Shown: in pieces, positions 9,236-18,783 of the stretch
Numbering within the stretch: the stretch's first letter is position 1
Layout: each line of letters opens with the position of its first letter
Assembly: GCA_964572255.1 (NCBI GenBank)
Contig: CAZNEE010000005.1
Location: forward strand, 24,720 to 88,719
DNA length: 64,000 nt
Direction: 5' to 3'
Origin: an uncultured Planctomycetia bacterium
GTDB lineage: Bacteria > Omnitrophota > Gorgyraeia > Tantalellales > Tantalellaceae
Translations under genes and position numbers: made by a program
The notes under the pieces: generated by a model
What the model was told of the DNA's origin: nothing
What the model saw: the letters and a program-made list of their open reading frames with translations, nothing else
Databases searched by the model: none

Positions 9236-10108
9236 TTATAAACCAAAATATATTACAGCTATGCAGCTTGCAACCCAAAACAAAATATTTAATTGCATTT
9301 TTTTATCAAAAAGTAAAATACGTGTGGGGTCTCCTTCTTTTACAACTTTATGGATAATATATAAATATCGAAAAATTCCGTAATAAACGAATGGTATAGT
9401 ATATATCAAATGGTTAGTGCCAAAAACTCTGACCGTTCTGGCATCGATCGTATAAAGCATGTACACAACAACTATCGAGGAAGTGATCACGGCTGTCATC
9501 TGGTCAATAAAATAAATACTGTATTTCTTGAGAACCTCCCGATGAGATGCAGCCTGTCTTTCGAGCAAGCGTATTTCCTCTCTTCTTTTATTGAACCCCA
9601 AAAAAAGCGCCAGGAGGACCACCATGAATATTATCCAATGCGACATCTCCACTTCAGCAATAACACTGCCGGCCATTATTCTCAAGAGAAAGAAAAAGCC
9701 GATACAAAATATATCAATGATAACGGCGTTTTTAAGGATCTTCGAATATAAAAAATTAAAAACAAAATATACCACTAATATCCAGCCAAAAGTAATATCC
9801 AAAATAAAAGCGCTTGGGATGGAAACAATCGCTAAAACAAGAGCCAAAATCTTGGCCTGTTTTATTGTTACTCTCCCCGAAGCTATGGGTCTTAATCTTT
9901 TGGTGGGATGCACTCTATCTTTCTCAACGTCTATGATATCATTAACTATATAAATCACGCTGGCCGTAAGCGAGAAAAGTAAAAAAGCGGCTATCTCTTT
10001 CAGAACGACACTCGCCTCGAGAAGTTTGCCGCCAAAGATCATGGGCAGGAAAATGAAGAAATTCTTGATCCATTGCTGTGCCCTGAGTGAAAAGAATAAA
10101 TACTTCAT
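9236..10108 (-). CDS. UbiA-family prenyltransferase, decaprenyl-phosphate phosphoribosyltransferase-like
   Basis: 290 aa, about 8 TM helices. NDIIDVEKDRVHPTKRLRPIASG motif characteristic of Rv3806c-like 5-phosphoribosyl-1-pyrophosphate:polyprenyl-phosphate transferases. Confidence 0.8.
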   Translation of the reverse strand: MKYLFFSLRAQQWIKNFFIFLPMIFGGKLLEASVVLKEIAAFLLFSLTASVIYIVNDIIDVEKDRVHPTKRLRPIASGRVTIKQAKILALVLAIVSIPSAFILDITFGWILVVYFVFNFLYSKILKNAVIIDIFCIGFFFLLRIMAGSVIAEVEMSHWIIFMVVLLALFLGFNKRREEIRLLERQAASHREVLKKYSIYFIDQMTAVITSSIVVVYMLYTIDARTVRVFGTNHLIYTIPFVYYGIFRYLYIIHKVVKEGDPTRILLFDKKMQLNILFWVASCIAVIYFGL

Positions 10109-10147
10109 GTATTTTCCTTTTTGTTTTAGGATTTTGCTCTTTAATAA

Positions 10148-12190
10148 TCAGCGGAAAGAAACGTTGAGTTTTTTTGCGAGAACCGCTTTTATCTTTTCAT
10201 GAACGGCTTCTATCTCTTCATCCGTAAGGGTTCTCGTGTCTAAGCCGTACTGTATGCTGTAAGTCAGACTTTTTTTGCCGTCCGGGATATTTTTGCCCTC
10301 GTAAACATCCGCGAGTTCCACGCTGCATACGATCTCTTCGCCCGTATCATTAATTACTTTGATAATATCTCCGGCCGGCAGTGCTTGATCGCATAGTATG
10401 GAAACATCTCTTGTTGAAAACGGGAACCGCGGGATAGAGCGATATCTGTTCTCAAGAACAGCTTTTTCTGTTATTTCACCCAGTTTAAGCTGACAAATAA
10501 AAACGGGCTGTGTTATATCGTATTCTGAAAGAAGTGTTGTCCTGACCCCCCCTAAAAAACCTGCCATTTGCTTTTCCCCGGTCAGTTTTATCTCTGTCGG
10601 GGAAGTCAGCCCTTCTATTTTTGTCCCCTGGAAAACCAGACTGATCTTCAGCCTGTTTGCCAGCGCTTCCACAATACCTTTGAGATCGTACAAGCTCGCT
10701 TGCTTATCGCCTTCTTTCCATGTTTTTCTCATGATACCGGTAAGCCCTATACAAAGCGCACTTTCTTCGCCATATTTCCTTTCACCTTTCGCATGCGAAT
10801 AGATTTTGCCTATTTCAAACAATTCAAGGTCCTTATTCGTCCTGTTGATGTTCCATGAAATAGTTTTGAGCATCCCGTCTAAAAGCTGCGGCGTTAAGAA
10901 CTTTTGCTCTTCTGAAAGGGGATTGCTTAATCCCACAGCTTTTTCTGACAAAGCTTCAAACTTTCTCACCGAATCATCGCTAATTAAACTATAAGTCATG
11001 ATCTCATTGAGCCCGAGCGCGGCAACCGTATCCCTGATCTTTTCTTCAACTTCGCGCGGTTTTTCTTTTCTTTTTACTCCAGGGACAAACCTGTTAATTG
11101 TGACCGGGATGTTGCCGTACCCGTATATCCTTGCCAGTTCTTCGATCAGATCCACATCTCTTTTGAGATCTTCACGGAAACTGGGCACCCCCACTTTGAA
11201 TTTATTCCCGCTTTCTTCTTTAATTGAAAGGCCGAGCCTGTTTAATATATTTTTTATCCTTTCCTTGCCGATAGAAACGCCTAAAAGGCCATCTATTCTT
11301 TCGGTGTCTATTTCAATAACTGTTTTTTCTGTCTCAATTTTTCCCGATTCGATAAAATCGCAAACCTTACCGCCTGCTTCACTGGCTATGATATTTACCG
11401 CCCTGTCAGACGCTTTTTTAACAAGCCCTTTATCAACCCCTCTTTCAAACCGATAACTTGAATCGCTTGACAGCCCCAAAGCGCGTCCCGTCCTCCTTAT
11501 GGAGATTGGATCAAAATAAGCGCTTTCGAGAAGAATGTTTTTGGTAGACGCGGAAACCTCCGTATCTATCCCGCCCATTATCCCGGCTATAGCTATTGCC
11601 CTCTCAGCGTCAGCTATGACCAGCATGCCATCTTGCAGTTCTCGTTCAACGCCGTCAATTGTAGTGATTCTCTCTCGCTTTTTTGCGGACCTGATGATCA
11701 CTTTGCCGTCTTTTATCTTATCAAGATCGAACGCATGAAGCGGCTGCCCTAATTCTATGAGGCAATAATTCGTTATATCCACAACGTTATTCACCGGCCT
11801 CATTCCCAGAACACTTATTCTATCCTTGATTTTTCCTTCTATTCCTTTAACGTTAATATCCTTGATTATTCTGGCAGTATAATACGGACAAAGTTCAGGA
11901 TTTTTTATTGTGCATCCCACTTTCACATCCCCGGCCTGTGTTTCCGTACCGACGCCCATGTCCGGCATCTTTAGGTCCTCATCAAACACCGCTGAAGCTT
12001 CCCTGGCTAATCCGATAATGCTGAGACAATCGGGCCTGTTAGAAGTTATCTCAAGGTCCATGACCATATCATTGCCCTCTTCGGACATAGACTCTACTTC
12101 AGACCCTGACATTGTAAGGCCATCAGCGAGTTCTTCCGGGCTTACGTTAAGATCAACATATTCTTTTATCCATTCATAACTTAGTTTCAC
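10148..12190 (-). CDS. pheT: phenylalanine--tRNA ligase beta subunit
   Basis: 680 aa with B3/4, B5 and FDX/anticodon-binding domains. Downstream of pheS as usual. Confidence 0.92.
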   Translation of the reverse strand: MKLSYEWIKEYVDLNVSPEELADGLTMSGSEVESMSEEGNDMVMDLEITSNRPDCLSIIGLAREASAVFDEDLKMPDMGVGTETQAGDVKVGCTIKNPELCPYYTARIIKDINVKGIEGKIKDRISVLGMRPVNNVVDITNYCLIELGQPLHAFDLDKIKDGKVIIRSAKKRERITTIDGVERELQDGMLVIADAERAIAIAGIMGGIDTEVSASTKNILLESAYFDPISIRRTGRALGLSSDSSYRFERGVDKGLVKKASDRAVNIIASEAGGKVCDFIESGKIETEKTVIEIDTERIDGLLGVSIGKERIKNILNRLGLSIKEESGNKFKVGVPSFREDLKRDVDLIEELARIYGYGNIPVTINRFVPGVKRKEKPREVEEKIRDTVAALGLNEIMTYSLISDDSVRKFEALSEKAVGLSNPLSEEQKFLTPQLLDGMLKTISWNINRTNKDLELFEIGKIYSHAKGERKYGEESALCIGLTGIMRKTWKEGDKQASLYDLKGIVEALANRLKISLVFQGTKIEGLTSPTEIKLTGEKQMAGFLGGVRTTLLSEYDITQPVFICQLKLGEITEKAVLENRYRSIPRFPFSTRDVSILCDQALPAGDIIKVINDTGEEIVCSVELADVYEGKNIPDGKKSLTYSIQYGLDTRTLTDEEIEAVHEKIKAVLAKKLNVSFR

Positions 12191-12206
12191 GCATATCTCC
12201 TATTTG

Positions 12207-13241
12207 CTAAACAAACTGCTTTAAGAATCTTATATCATTTTCAAAAAATAACCGTATATCCTCTATACCGTAAAGCAGCATCGCTATTCTTTCAACCCCC
12301 ATGCCGAAAGCATATCCGGTATATTCAGCCGGATCATATCCGACCGCTTCAAATACTTTCGGGTTAACCATTCCTGCGCCGAGTATTTCCAGCCACCCGT
12401 TTCCCTTACACACCCTGCACCCCTGGCCTTTGCAAATAATGCAGGAGATGTCCACTTCTGCGCTGGGTTCGGTGAACGGGAAAAAATGCGGTCTTAACCG
12501 CGTTTTTATGTCTTCTCCGAACATGCTCTTACAGAAAACCTCAAGAACACCTTTAAGATCGGAAAAACTCACCCCTTTATCTACCATAAGCCCTTCTACC
12601 TGATGGAACATGAAGGAATGAGAAGCATCTACGGCATCCGGACGGTATACCCTGCCCGGCATAATGACCTGCATCGGGGGTTTCTGGTGCTGCATGATGT
12701 GTATCTGCACGTTAGACGTGTGGCTTCTGAGAAGATACTTCCCTTCGATATAAAAAGTGTCGAACGCATCTCTTGACGGATGGTCCAAGGGAATATTCAG
12801 CGCTTCAAAATTATAGAATTCTGTCTCTATCTCAGGGCCTTCGGCTACGGTAAAACCGAGTGAGGTGAAAATATCGCTTATCCTTGACATTACCCTGGAA
12901 ATGGGATGAATAGTGCCAAGTGAAGGTTTAAAACCGGGAAGCGTAACATCCAGTTCTTTCTGTTTGCCTTCTTCTTTTTCATGTAATAAATTTTCTTTCA
13001 CCTTGTTTATCTTGTCGGTAAACTCGATCTTGAATAAATTGGCTTTTTTGCCTACTTCCCGCTTTTCATCTTCCGAAAGGGCCGAAAGAGATTTTAAAAT
13101 GCCGGTGAGCTCTCCTTTTCTCCCTAAAAATTTTACTTTTATCTCCTCAGCGCGATTAATATCTTTACAGCTTCTGAGCGCTTTCTCAAAATCCTGTTTT
13201 ATCTCCTCTAATTTATCCAATATGCCCATTCTATCTCCCAA
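12207..13241 (-). CDS. pheS: phenylalanine--tRNA ligase alpha subunit
   Basis: 344 aa. Class II aaRS motifs (FRPHFFPFTEPSAEVD, GMGVERIAML). Confidence 0.95.
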   Translation of the reverse strand: MGDRMGILDKLEEIKQDFEKALRSCKDINRAEEIKVKFLGRKGELTGILKSLSALSEDEKREVGKKANLFKIEFTDKINKVKENLLHEKEEGKQKELDVTLPGFKPSLGTIHPISRVMSRISDIFTSLGFTVAEGPEIETEFYNFEALNIPLDHPSRDAFDTFYIEGKYLLRSHTSNVQIHIMQHQKPPMQVIMPGRVYRPDAVDASHSFMFHQVEGLMVDKGVSFSDLKGVLEVFCKSMFGEDIKTRLRPHFFPFTEPSAEVDISCIICKGQGCRVCKGNGWLEILGAGMVNPKVFEAVGYDPAEYTGYAFGMGVERIAMLLYGIEDIRLFFENDIRFLKQFV

Positions 13242-13258
13242 ATGCCCTGGTGCCGCAT

Positions 13259-13987
13259 TTATTCTCCGCCTTCCTTGGCGCCTGTGGAAGGTTTTAATTT
13301 TTGTTTTTTAAGATTTTCTATATCTTCATTCGCCCCAAAAACCACCAGGACATCTTCTTTTCCAATGATATCATTAGCCTGCGGAACGACATTGATGCTC
13401 TCTTCTTCTATGACTTGCCCGTCTTCGGTGGTTTTTTCTTTTCTCTTTATCGCGATAACATTGACCCCTAACTTTGATCTCATGTCAATCTCTCTCAAGC
13501 TTTTTCCCAAAAATTCTTCGGGCGCTACTAACTCTATGATACTTGAATCGGCGGATAGATCTATATGTTCCAGCACTTCATCCGACATCGATATGAGCGA
13601 GCTTGCGATACGCGCCCCCATATCCCTTTCCGGAAGGACCACTCTATTCGCGCCTATTTTTTCAAGGGCTTTTTTATGCGCTTCGTTCACGGCCTTACAC
13701 ACTACCGTGGGTACGCCCAGATCCTTTAGAAGGATAGTTATTAATATACTCGCCTCTATGTTGGTCCCTATGCTGCACACGGCAACATCAACATATTGTA
13801 TCCCAACGGCTTTCATGGCTTTTTCATCCGTGGCATCAAGGCAAACAGCCCTTGTAACGTTTTCCATGATATCCTGAACAAGCTCTTCATTGGTATCCAC
13901 AGCTATGACCTGCTGCCCTTTCTCCCCCAATGTCCTTGCCACGCTGGACCCGAATCTCCCTAATCCTATAACCGCAAAATTTTTCAT
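13259..13987 (-). CDS. trkA: K+ uptake system NAD-binding subunit TrkA/KtrA (RCK_N + RCK_C)
   Basis: 242 aa. GLGRFG Rossmann motif and C-terminal TrkA-C domain. Adjacent to trkH. Confidence 0.88.
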   Translation of the reverse strand: MKNFAVIGLGRFGSSVARTLGEKGQQVIAVDTNEELVQDIMENVTRAVCLDATDEKAMKAVGIQYVDVAVCSIGTNIEASILITILLKDLGVPTVVCKAVNEAHKKALEKIGANRVVLPERDMGARIASSLISMSDEVLEHIDLSADSSIIELVAPEEFLGKSLREIDMRSKLGVNVIAIKRKEKTTEDGQVIEEESINVVPQANDIIGKEDVLVVFGANEDIENLKKQKLKPSTGAKEGGE

Positions 13988-14015
13988 TTTTTATTCCTCC
14001 TGATATAAAGGATGG

Positions 14016-15362
14016 TCATCCTACCATTACATTCTCTTCAGGGAAACGGTAGGTGTCTCTCCCCCCCCTAAAAGCCACAGCCAAAGCAAGCGTTAAAGGC
14101 CCTATCCTGCCCGCGAACATTGTTGCTGTTAAACAAAGCTTGCTTACGCTGTCCAAGCTCTCTGTAATACCTGTTGAAAGTCCTACTGTGCCGAAAGCAG
14201 AAACAACCTCGAACATCGTCCTCGCAAGGGAAACCTCTCCTGATGCGATTCTGGCCTGTAAGTAAACAAGAATTATCGTGAAAACGAATATCCATGTAAA
14301 CCCGAGAAAAAAGATCACTAAAGATTCTCTCACAACCTGTCTCGGGATAGTGCGATCAAACATTTTTACATGTTTATTATTTTTGAGCATATTTTTAACG
14401 GTTACAAACAATATCGCGAAAGTGCATGTCTTAATGCCCCCTCCCGTCGATCCGGGTGAAGCGCCTATAAACATCAAAAAAATCAAAAAAAGCAACGATG
14501 GAGTAGTGAACTCTCCTATGGAAAGAGTATTAAATCCGGCTGTTCTTGCGGTAACAGATTGAAAAAAAGCGCCCCAGAGTCTTTCCCCCCACGACAAAGT
14601 CTTTAAAACCCCTTCCTTTTCAAAAAACAGAATAGCAACAGCGCCTAATACAATAAGCAGAAATGATGTGAAAAGCGCTATTTTCGCCTGCAAGCTTATC
14701 CTCCGAGCCGCCCCCTTATTGATAAAAAGCCCTATAATGTCCATTTTAACCACAAATCCGATACCTCCCAAAACGATGAGAACGATCATCACCAGATTTA
14801 TATAAGGATCCGCGGAAAAATTCTCAAAACTTGTACGGAAAAGAGCAAAACCGGCGTTACAAAAAGCTGAAACAGAATGAAAAACCGCCCTTTCCGCGGT
14901 TTCTATTATTGACCAATCTGTGACCGCGCTCCACCTGGCGAAAAGAAGAAGCGCCCCGGTAATCTCTATCGCGAAAGTGATCCCGACAATGTAAATGATC
15001 AGTTTTTTCAGCCCTACGATGCTCTGTTTATTTAAAGTACTATGGACGATTTCTGTTTGCCTGAAACCTATTTTTCTCCCCAGCATTACCGCGAAAAGAG
15101 TAGAAAAGGTCATAATGCCCAACCCGCCCATCTGGAAAAGAAGAAAAATCACCCACCTCCCGAAAGCCGAGAAATAACTGCCGGTGTCTCTCACAATAAG
15201 GCCTGTCACACATGTGGCGCTGGTCGCGGTGAAAAGGCTGTCTATTAGCGGTAATCTTCCCGGGCCGTTAGTGGCGATGGGCAGGGATAAAACGATCGTG
15301 CCCAGACATATAACGCTCAAAAAGCTTAAAATAATAAGCCTCGGAGGAGTAAGATTTCTCAT
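14016..15362 (-). CDS. trkH: K+ transporter membrane subunit TrkH/KtrB
   Basis: 448 aa polytopic membrane protein with four MPM selectivity-filter-like repeats containing GxG motifs. Confidence 0.88.
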   Translation of the reverse strand: MRNLTPPRLIILSFLSVICLGTIVLSLPIATNGPGRLPLIDSLFTATSATCVTGLIVRDTGSYFSAFGRWVIFLLFQMGGLGIMTFSTLFAVMLGRKIGFRQTEIVHSTLNKQSIVGLKKLIIYIVGITFAIEITGALLLFARWSAVTDWSIIETAERAVFHSVSAFCNAGFALFRTSFENFSADPYINLVMIVLIVLGGIGFVVKMDIIGLFINKGAARRISLQAKIALFTSFLLIVLGAVAILFFEKEGVLKTLSWGERLWGAFFQSVTARTAGFNTLSIGEFTTPSLLFLIFLMFIGASPGSTGGGIKTCTFAILFVTVKNMLKNNKHVKMFDRTIPRQVVRESLVIFFLGFTWIFVFTIILVYLQARIASGEVSLARTMFEVVSAFGTVGLSTGITESLDSVSKLCLTATMFAGRIGPLTLALAVAFRGGRDTYRFPEENVMVG

Positions 15363-15368
15363 AATAGT

Positions 15369-15713
15369 TTATTTTACCTTTTTGATGAGAGCTTTGAAAG
15401 CCTTGTCGTCATAAACAGCTAAAAAAGCTAAAACCTTCCTATTAAGTTCAACCCCGGCCCTTTTAAGCCCTGCGATAAATTTGCTGTATGAGATCTCTTC
15501 CTCTTTACACGCAGCGCTTATTCTTGATATCCACAACGATCTAAAATCACTTTTCTTTTTCTTTCTGCCGATATAACTGGCTATAAGGCTTTTTCTTTCG
15601 GCTTCCTTGGCTATCCTGTAAAGTTTAGATCTTGCGCCGCGCTGACCTCTGACGGCCTTAAGGGTCTTTTTTCTCCTTTTAAGCGAACTTGGTGCATGTT
15701 TTACTTTCGACAT
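15369..15713 (-). CDS. rplT: 50S ribosomal protein L20
   Basis: 114 aa with the classic bL20 sequence, in the infC-rpmI-rplT order. Confidence 0.95.
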   Translation of the reverse strand: MSKVKHAPSSLKRRKKTLKAVRGQRGARSKLYRIAKEAERKSLIASYIGRKKKKSDFRSLWISRISAACKEEEISYSKFIAGLKRAGVELNRKVLAFLAVYDDKAFKALIKKVK

Positions 15714-15755
15714 GATTTCTCCTTCTTGTACATTAGAAAAGCGTGGACTTAAACG

Positions 15756-15953
15756 TTACCCATAAGGGAGCAATTTTTTAACCTTGTCTTCAAAGGTCTT
15801 GTCGACGATCCCGCCTTTTCTCAAAGAACGTTTACGCCCTCTGCTTTTTTTTGTTAAAATATGGCTCTTATTGGCCTTGGTTCTTTTTACTTTTCCGCTT
15901 TTTGTCAATTTGAAGCGTTTTTTAACGCCTTTTTTTGTTTTTAGTTTAGGCAT
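15756..15953 (-). CDS. rpmI: 50S ribosomal protein L35
   Basis: [24 protein letters not shown] is a clear bL35. Likely start is MPKL; the ORF-track N-terminal MER extension is probably not translated. Confidence 0.93.
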   Translation of the reverse strand: MPKLKTKKGVKKRFKLTKSGKVKRTKANKSHILTKKSRGRKRSLRKGGIVDKTFEDKVKKLLPYG

Positions 15954-16008
15954 CCTTTCCACATCTCCCTTCTATTCTCACGCTGGCCTGCAGCGTTTTG
16001 TATATTCT

Positions 16009-16563
16009 TTATGTTTTCGGAATAATTGTAATAGTGATCGTATTCCCCATTATTTTGGGTTCTGCCTCCATCTCTCCCGAGGCAGACACATCATTCGCGA
16101 CCCTGTTCAAAAGCTCCACCCCAAACTCTTTATGAGCCATTTCTCTGCCCCTAAAACGCAGGGAAACCCTGACCTTGTCCTTTTTCTCCAGAAACTCTTT
16201 TATGTGTTTTATTTTTACCTGGTAATCATGTTCCTCTATCCTGGCCTTGAACCTTACTTCCTTGACATGCACTACATGCTGCTTTTTCTTGGCTATTTTG
16301 CGCTTTTTCTCCTGTTCATATTTATACTTACTGTAGTCCATTATGCGGCAAACGGGCGGATCAATATCAGGCGCAACTTCCACCAGATCCAACTCTGCTT
16401 CTTTGGCCTTATCCAGTGCTTCTCGAGTATCCACAACTCCCAGCTGGTTGCCTTCGTCGTCAATTAATCTTACCTTGGGACACCTTATCAAAAAATTTAT
16501 TCTTGTCCTGTCTTTAAAATTTCTCCGACCGCCAAAAGGTCTTCTTTGATTAGGTTTAACCAT
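16009..16563 (-). CDS. infC: translation initiation factor IF-3
   Basis: 184 aa with IF3 N and C domains. Start codon identity not checked; infC often uses a non-ATG start. Confidence 0.92.
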   Translation of the reverse strand: MVKPNQRRPFGGRRNFKDRTRINFLIRCPKVRLIDDEGNQLGVVDTREALDKAKEAELDLVEVAPDIDPPVCRIMDYSKYKYEQEKKRKIAKKKQHVVHVKEVRFKARIEEHDYQVKIKHIKEFLEKKDKVRVSLRFRGREMAHKEFGVELLNRVANDVSASGEMEAEPKIMGNTITITIIPKT

Positions 16564-16608
16564 ATGCCTCCTGTTTAAATTTTCTCCTTTAAGTTCGCAA
16601 TAAGTAAA

Positions 16609-18342
16609 TTACTCTTTACGATCAATATCATTGTTCAGCTTTTCAAAAAAGGCTGCCTTGTCCAGCGTGCCTATATCCCCTTCTTTTCTGCTTCTTAATG
16701 AAACGGCGCCTTTTTCCACTTCTCGTTTCCCGATAATCGCCATATACGGGATCTTGTTTATCTCGGCTTCCCTTATCTTTTTCTGCATCTTTTCATTGCG
16801 GAGATCTATCTCCGCCCTCATGCCTTGCTGTTGTAAACTTTTACATAATTCTTTCGCATATTCAGCCTGCATGTCTGTTATCGGAATAACCTCTACCTGT
16901 ACCGGAGCCAGCCATAATGGAAAATCTCCGCCAAAATGCTCAACTAATGCCCCTATAAATCTTTCAAGGCTGCCGAGTATCACCCGATGCAAAACTATGG
17001 GCCGCTTTTCATCCCCGTCTTGATCGACATATGTCAGATCAAATCTTTCCGGCAGGGCAAAATCGCATTGGATCGTAGCGCACTGCCAGGCTCTTCCCAA
17101 AGCGTCTTTCAGCTTAATATCGATCTTAGGGCCGTAAAAAGCCCCGTCGCCTTCATTTATATCATACTCATACTTTTTCTTACCGAGCGCATTTTTTAAC
17201 GCGTTCGTGGCTAACTCCCAATCCTCATCCTCACCGATATATTTTTCAGGCTTGGTGCTTAGCTCTATCTCGAATTCATCAAACCCGAATACTTTAAGAA
17301 CCTCTTCCACGAAATCTATCACGCCTATGATCTCTTCCTCAGCCTGTTCTCTTAAACAGAAAATATGCGCGTCATCCTGAGTGAATCCTCTGACGCGCAG
17401 AAGCCCGTGAAGAACCCCGGACTTTTCATGCCTATATACGCTTCCCAGTTCAAAATATCTGAGCGGAAGTTCTTTATAGCTTCTTGTCCTGGAAGAAAAA
17501 ACAAGTATGTGCCCCGGGCAATTCATGGGTTTTACGGCGAATTCCTGGCCTTCGCTTTCAAATACGTACATGTGTTCTTTATAGTAATCATAATGCCCTG
17601 ACTTTATCCATATATCGCTTTTAAGAATATGAGGGCTTGAGATCAGTAAATATCCTTTTTCAAGATGTTTCTTGGTAATATAATCGGCTATGATCTGCCG
17701 TAATATGGCTCCTTTGGGATGGTATATTACAAGCCCGGCACCCGCTACGTCATTGAAAGAAAAGAGATCCAATTCCTTGCCGAGTTTTCTATGATCTCTT
17801 TTTTGAGCTTCTTCTCTTAGGCGCAAGAATTCATCAAGCTCTTTCTTGCTCTCAAAAGCCGTCCCGTAAATCCTCTGCAGCATGGGGTTCGTTTCGCTGC
17901 CCTTCCAGTAAGCTCCGGCGACAGTCAATAATTTAAAAGCTCCGATCTCGCCGGTCTTTTCAACATGCGGGCCCTTGCAAAGATCGGAAAAGGAACTATG
18001 CGAATAAATGGTTATCTCTTCATCACCGAGTTCTTTAAGAAGTTCCAGCTTATAAGTTTCTCCCTCTCCCTTGAAGATCTTTTCGGCCTCTTTTTTTGAA
18101 ACTACTTTCTTCTCGAACGGCAGATTTTCCTTGATGATCTTAGCCATTTCTTTCTCAATTTTAGGGAGATCTTCAGGCGTAAAGGTATGCTCGCAGTCAA
18201 AATCGTAATAAAACCCTTCTTCGATTGCGGGTCCTATTCCTAATTTTGCCCCGGGATAAAGCCTTTTTACGGCGTCCGCCATAACATGCGCTGCGCTGTG
18301 CCTTATTTTCTCTAATTTTTCGTCTTTTTTCTTCTTAACCAT
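16609..18342 (-). CDS. thrS: threonine--tRNA ligase (short form lacking N-terminal TGS domain)
   Basis: 577 aa. HSAAH editing-domain motif, class II catalytic core and C-terminal anticodon-binding domain. Begins at the N2/editing domain. Confidence 0.93.
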   Translation of the reverse strand: MVKKKKDEKLEKIRHSAAHVMADAVKRLYPGAKLGIGPAIEEGFYYDFDCEHTFTPEDLPKIEKEMAKIIKENLPFEKKVVSKKEAEKIFKGEGETYKLELLKELGDEEITIYSHSSFSDLCKGPHVEKTGEIGAFKLLTVAGAYWKGSETNPMLQRIYGTAFESKKELDEFLRLREEAQKRDHRKLGKELDLFSFNDVAGAGLVIYHPKGAILRQIIADYITKKHLEKGYLLISSPHILKSDIWIKSGHYDYYKEHMYVFESEGQEFAVKPMNCPGHILVFSSRTRSYKELPLRYFELGSVYRHEKSGVLHGLLRVRGFTQDDAHIFCLREQAEEEIIGVIDFVEEVLKVFGFDEFEIELSTKPEKYIGEDEDWELATNALKNALGKKKYEYDINEGDGAFYGPKIDIKLKDALGRAWQCATIQCDFALPERFDLTYVDQDGDEKRPIVLHRVILGSLERFIGALVEHFGGDFPLWLAPVQVEVIPITDMQAEYAKELCKSLQQQGMRAEIDLRNEKMQKKIREAEINKIPYMAIIGKREVEKGAVSLRSRKEGDIGTLDKAAFFEKLNNDIDRKE

Positions 18343-18385
18343 CGTTTTTTTTCTTTTTACTGCCCGAAGACCCGAACTTCAATAA

Positions 18386-18463
18386 TGGTGGGCGATACTG
18401 GGGTCGAACCAGTGACCTCCACGATGTCAACGTGGCGCTCTAACCAGGCTGAGCTAACCGCCC
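18386..18463 (-). tRNA. tRNA-Val (anticodon GAC)
   Basis: Manual fold: 7-bp acceptor (G6-U wobble), D-stem GCTC/GAGC, anticodon stem CCACG/CGTGG with loop TTGACAT, T-arm ACTGG-TTCGACC-CCAGT, discriminator A, encoded CCA. Confidence 0.88.
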
Positions 18464-18503
18464 ACAAAACTGTCCGAAGGGCCGAAGTACCAAATTCCTA
18501 AAA

Positions 18504-18591
18504 TGGTGGGCGAGGAGGGAATCGAACCCTCACAGGTTATTCACCCGAAGGATTTTAAGTCCTTTGCGTCTGCCAGTTCCGCCACTCGCCC
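18504..18591 (-). tRNA. tRNA-Leu (anticodon TAA), class II with long variable arm
   Basis: Acceptor GGGCGAG/CTCGCCC, anticodon stem AAGGA/TCCTT with loop CTTAAAA, about 17-nt variable arm, T-loop TTCGATT, encoded CCA. Confidence 0.88.
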
Positions 18592-18597
18592 TCGCCC

Positions 18598-18671
18598 TGG
18601 AGGCGCGGACCGGAATCGCACCGGTGTACGCGGTTTTGCAGACCGCTGCCTAGCTCCTCGGCCACCGCGCC
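18598..18671 (-). tRNA. tRNA-Cys (anticodon GCA)
   Basis: Acceptor GGCGCGG/CCGCGCC, anticodon stem GCGGT/ACCGC with loop CTGCAAA, discriminator U73 (Cys identity element), encoded CCA. Lies 6 nt from tRNA-Leu. Confidence 0.85.
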
Positions 18672-18783
18672 TCATGCTTCTTTTTGCGTTCAATCGTATT
18701 CCTATATAATATGTTAATATTATATAGACTAAATAGTGATAGCGAAATAACTTATCACAATATATATGAATTGTCAATCAGCT

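Noticed and set aside
18503-18777. ORF-track ORFs 18503..18709(+) and 18541..18777(-)
   Set aside because: They lie entirely over the tRNA-Cys/Leu/Val genes and their spacers. Their sequences are Arg/Pro/Gly-rich low-complexity translations of GC-rich tRNA sequence.
18710-18783. Promoter for the tRNA-Cys/Leu/Val-thrS transcription unit (minus-strand TTGACA at 18777-18772)
   Set aside because: A perfect -35 exists, but the best -10 at 17-18 nt spacing (ATAAGT/TAAGTT) is poor. An alternative TATAAT further downstream lacks a -35. Too ambiguous to call.
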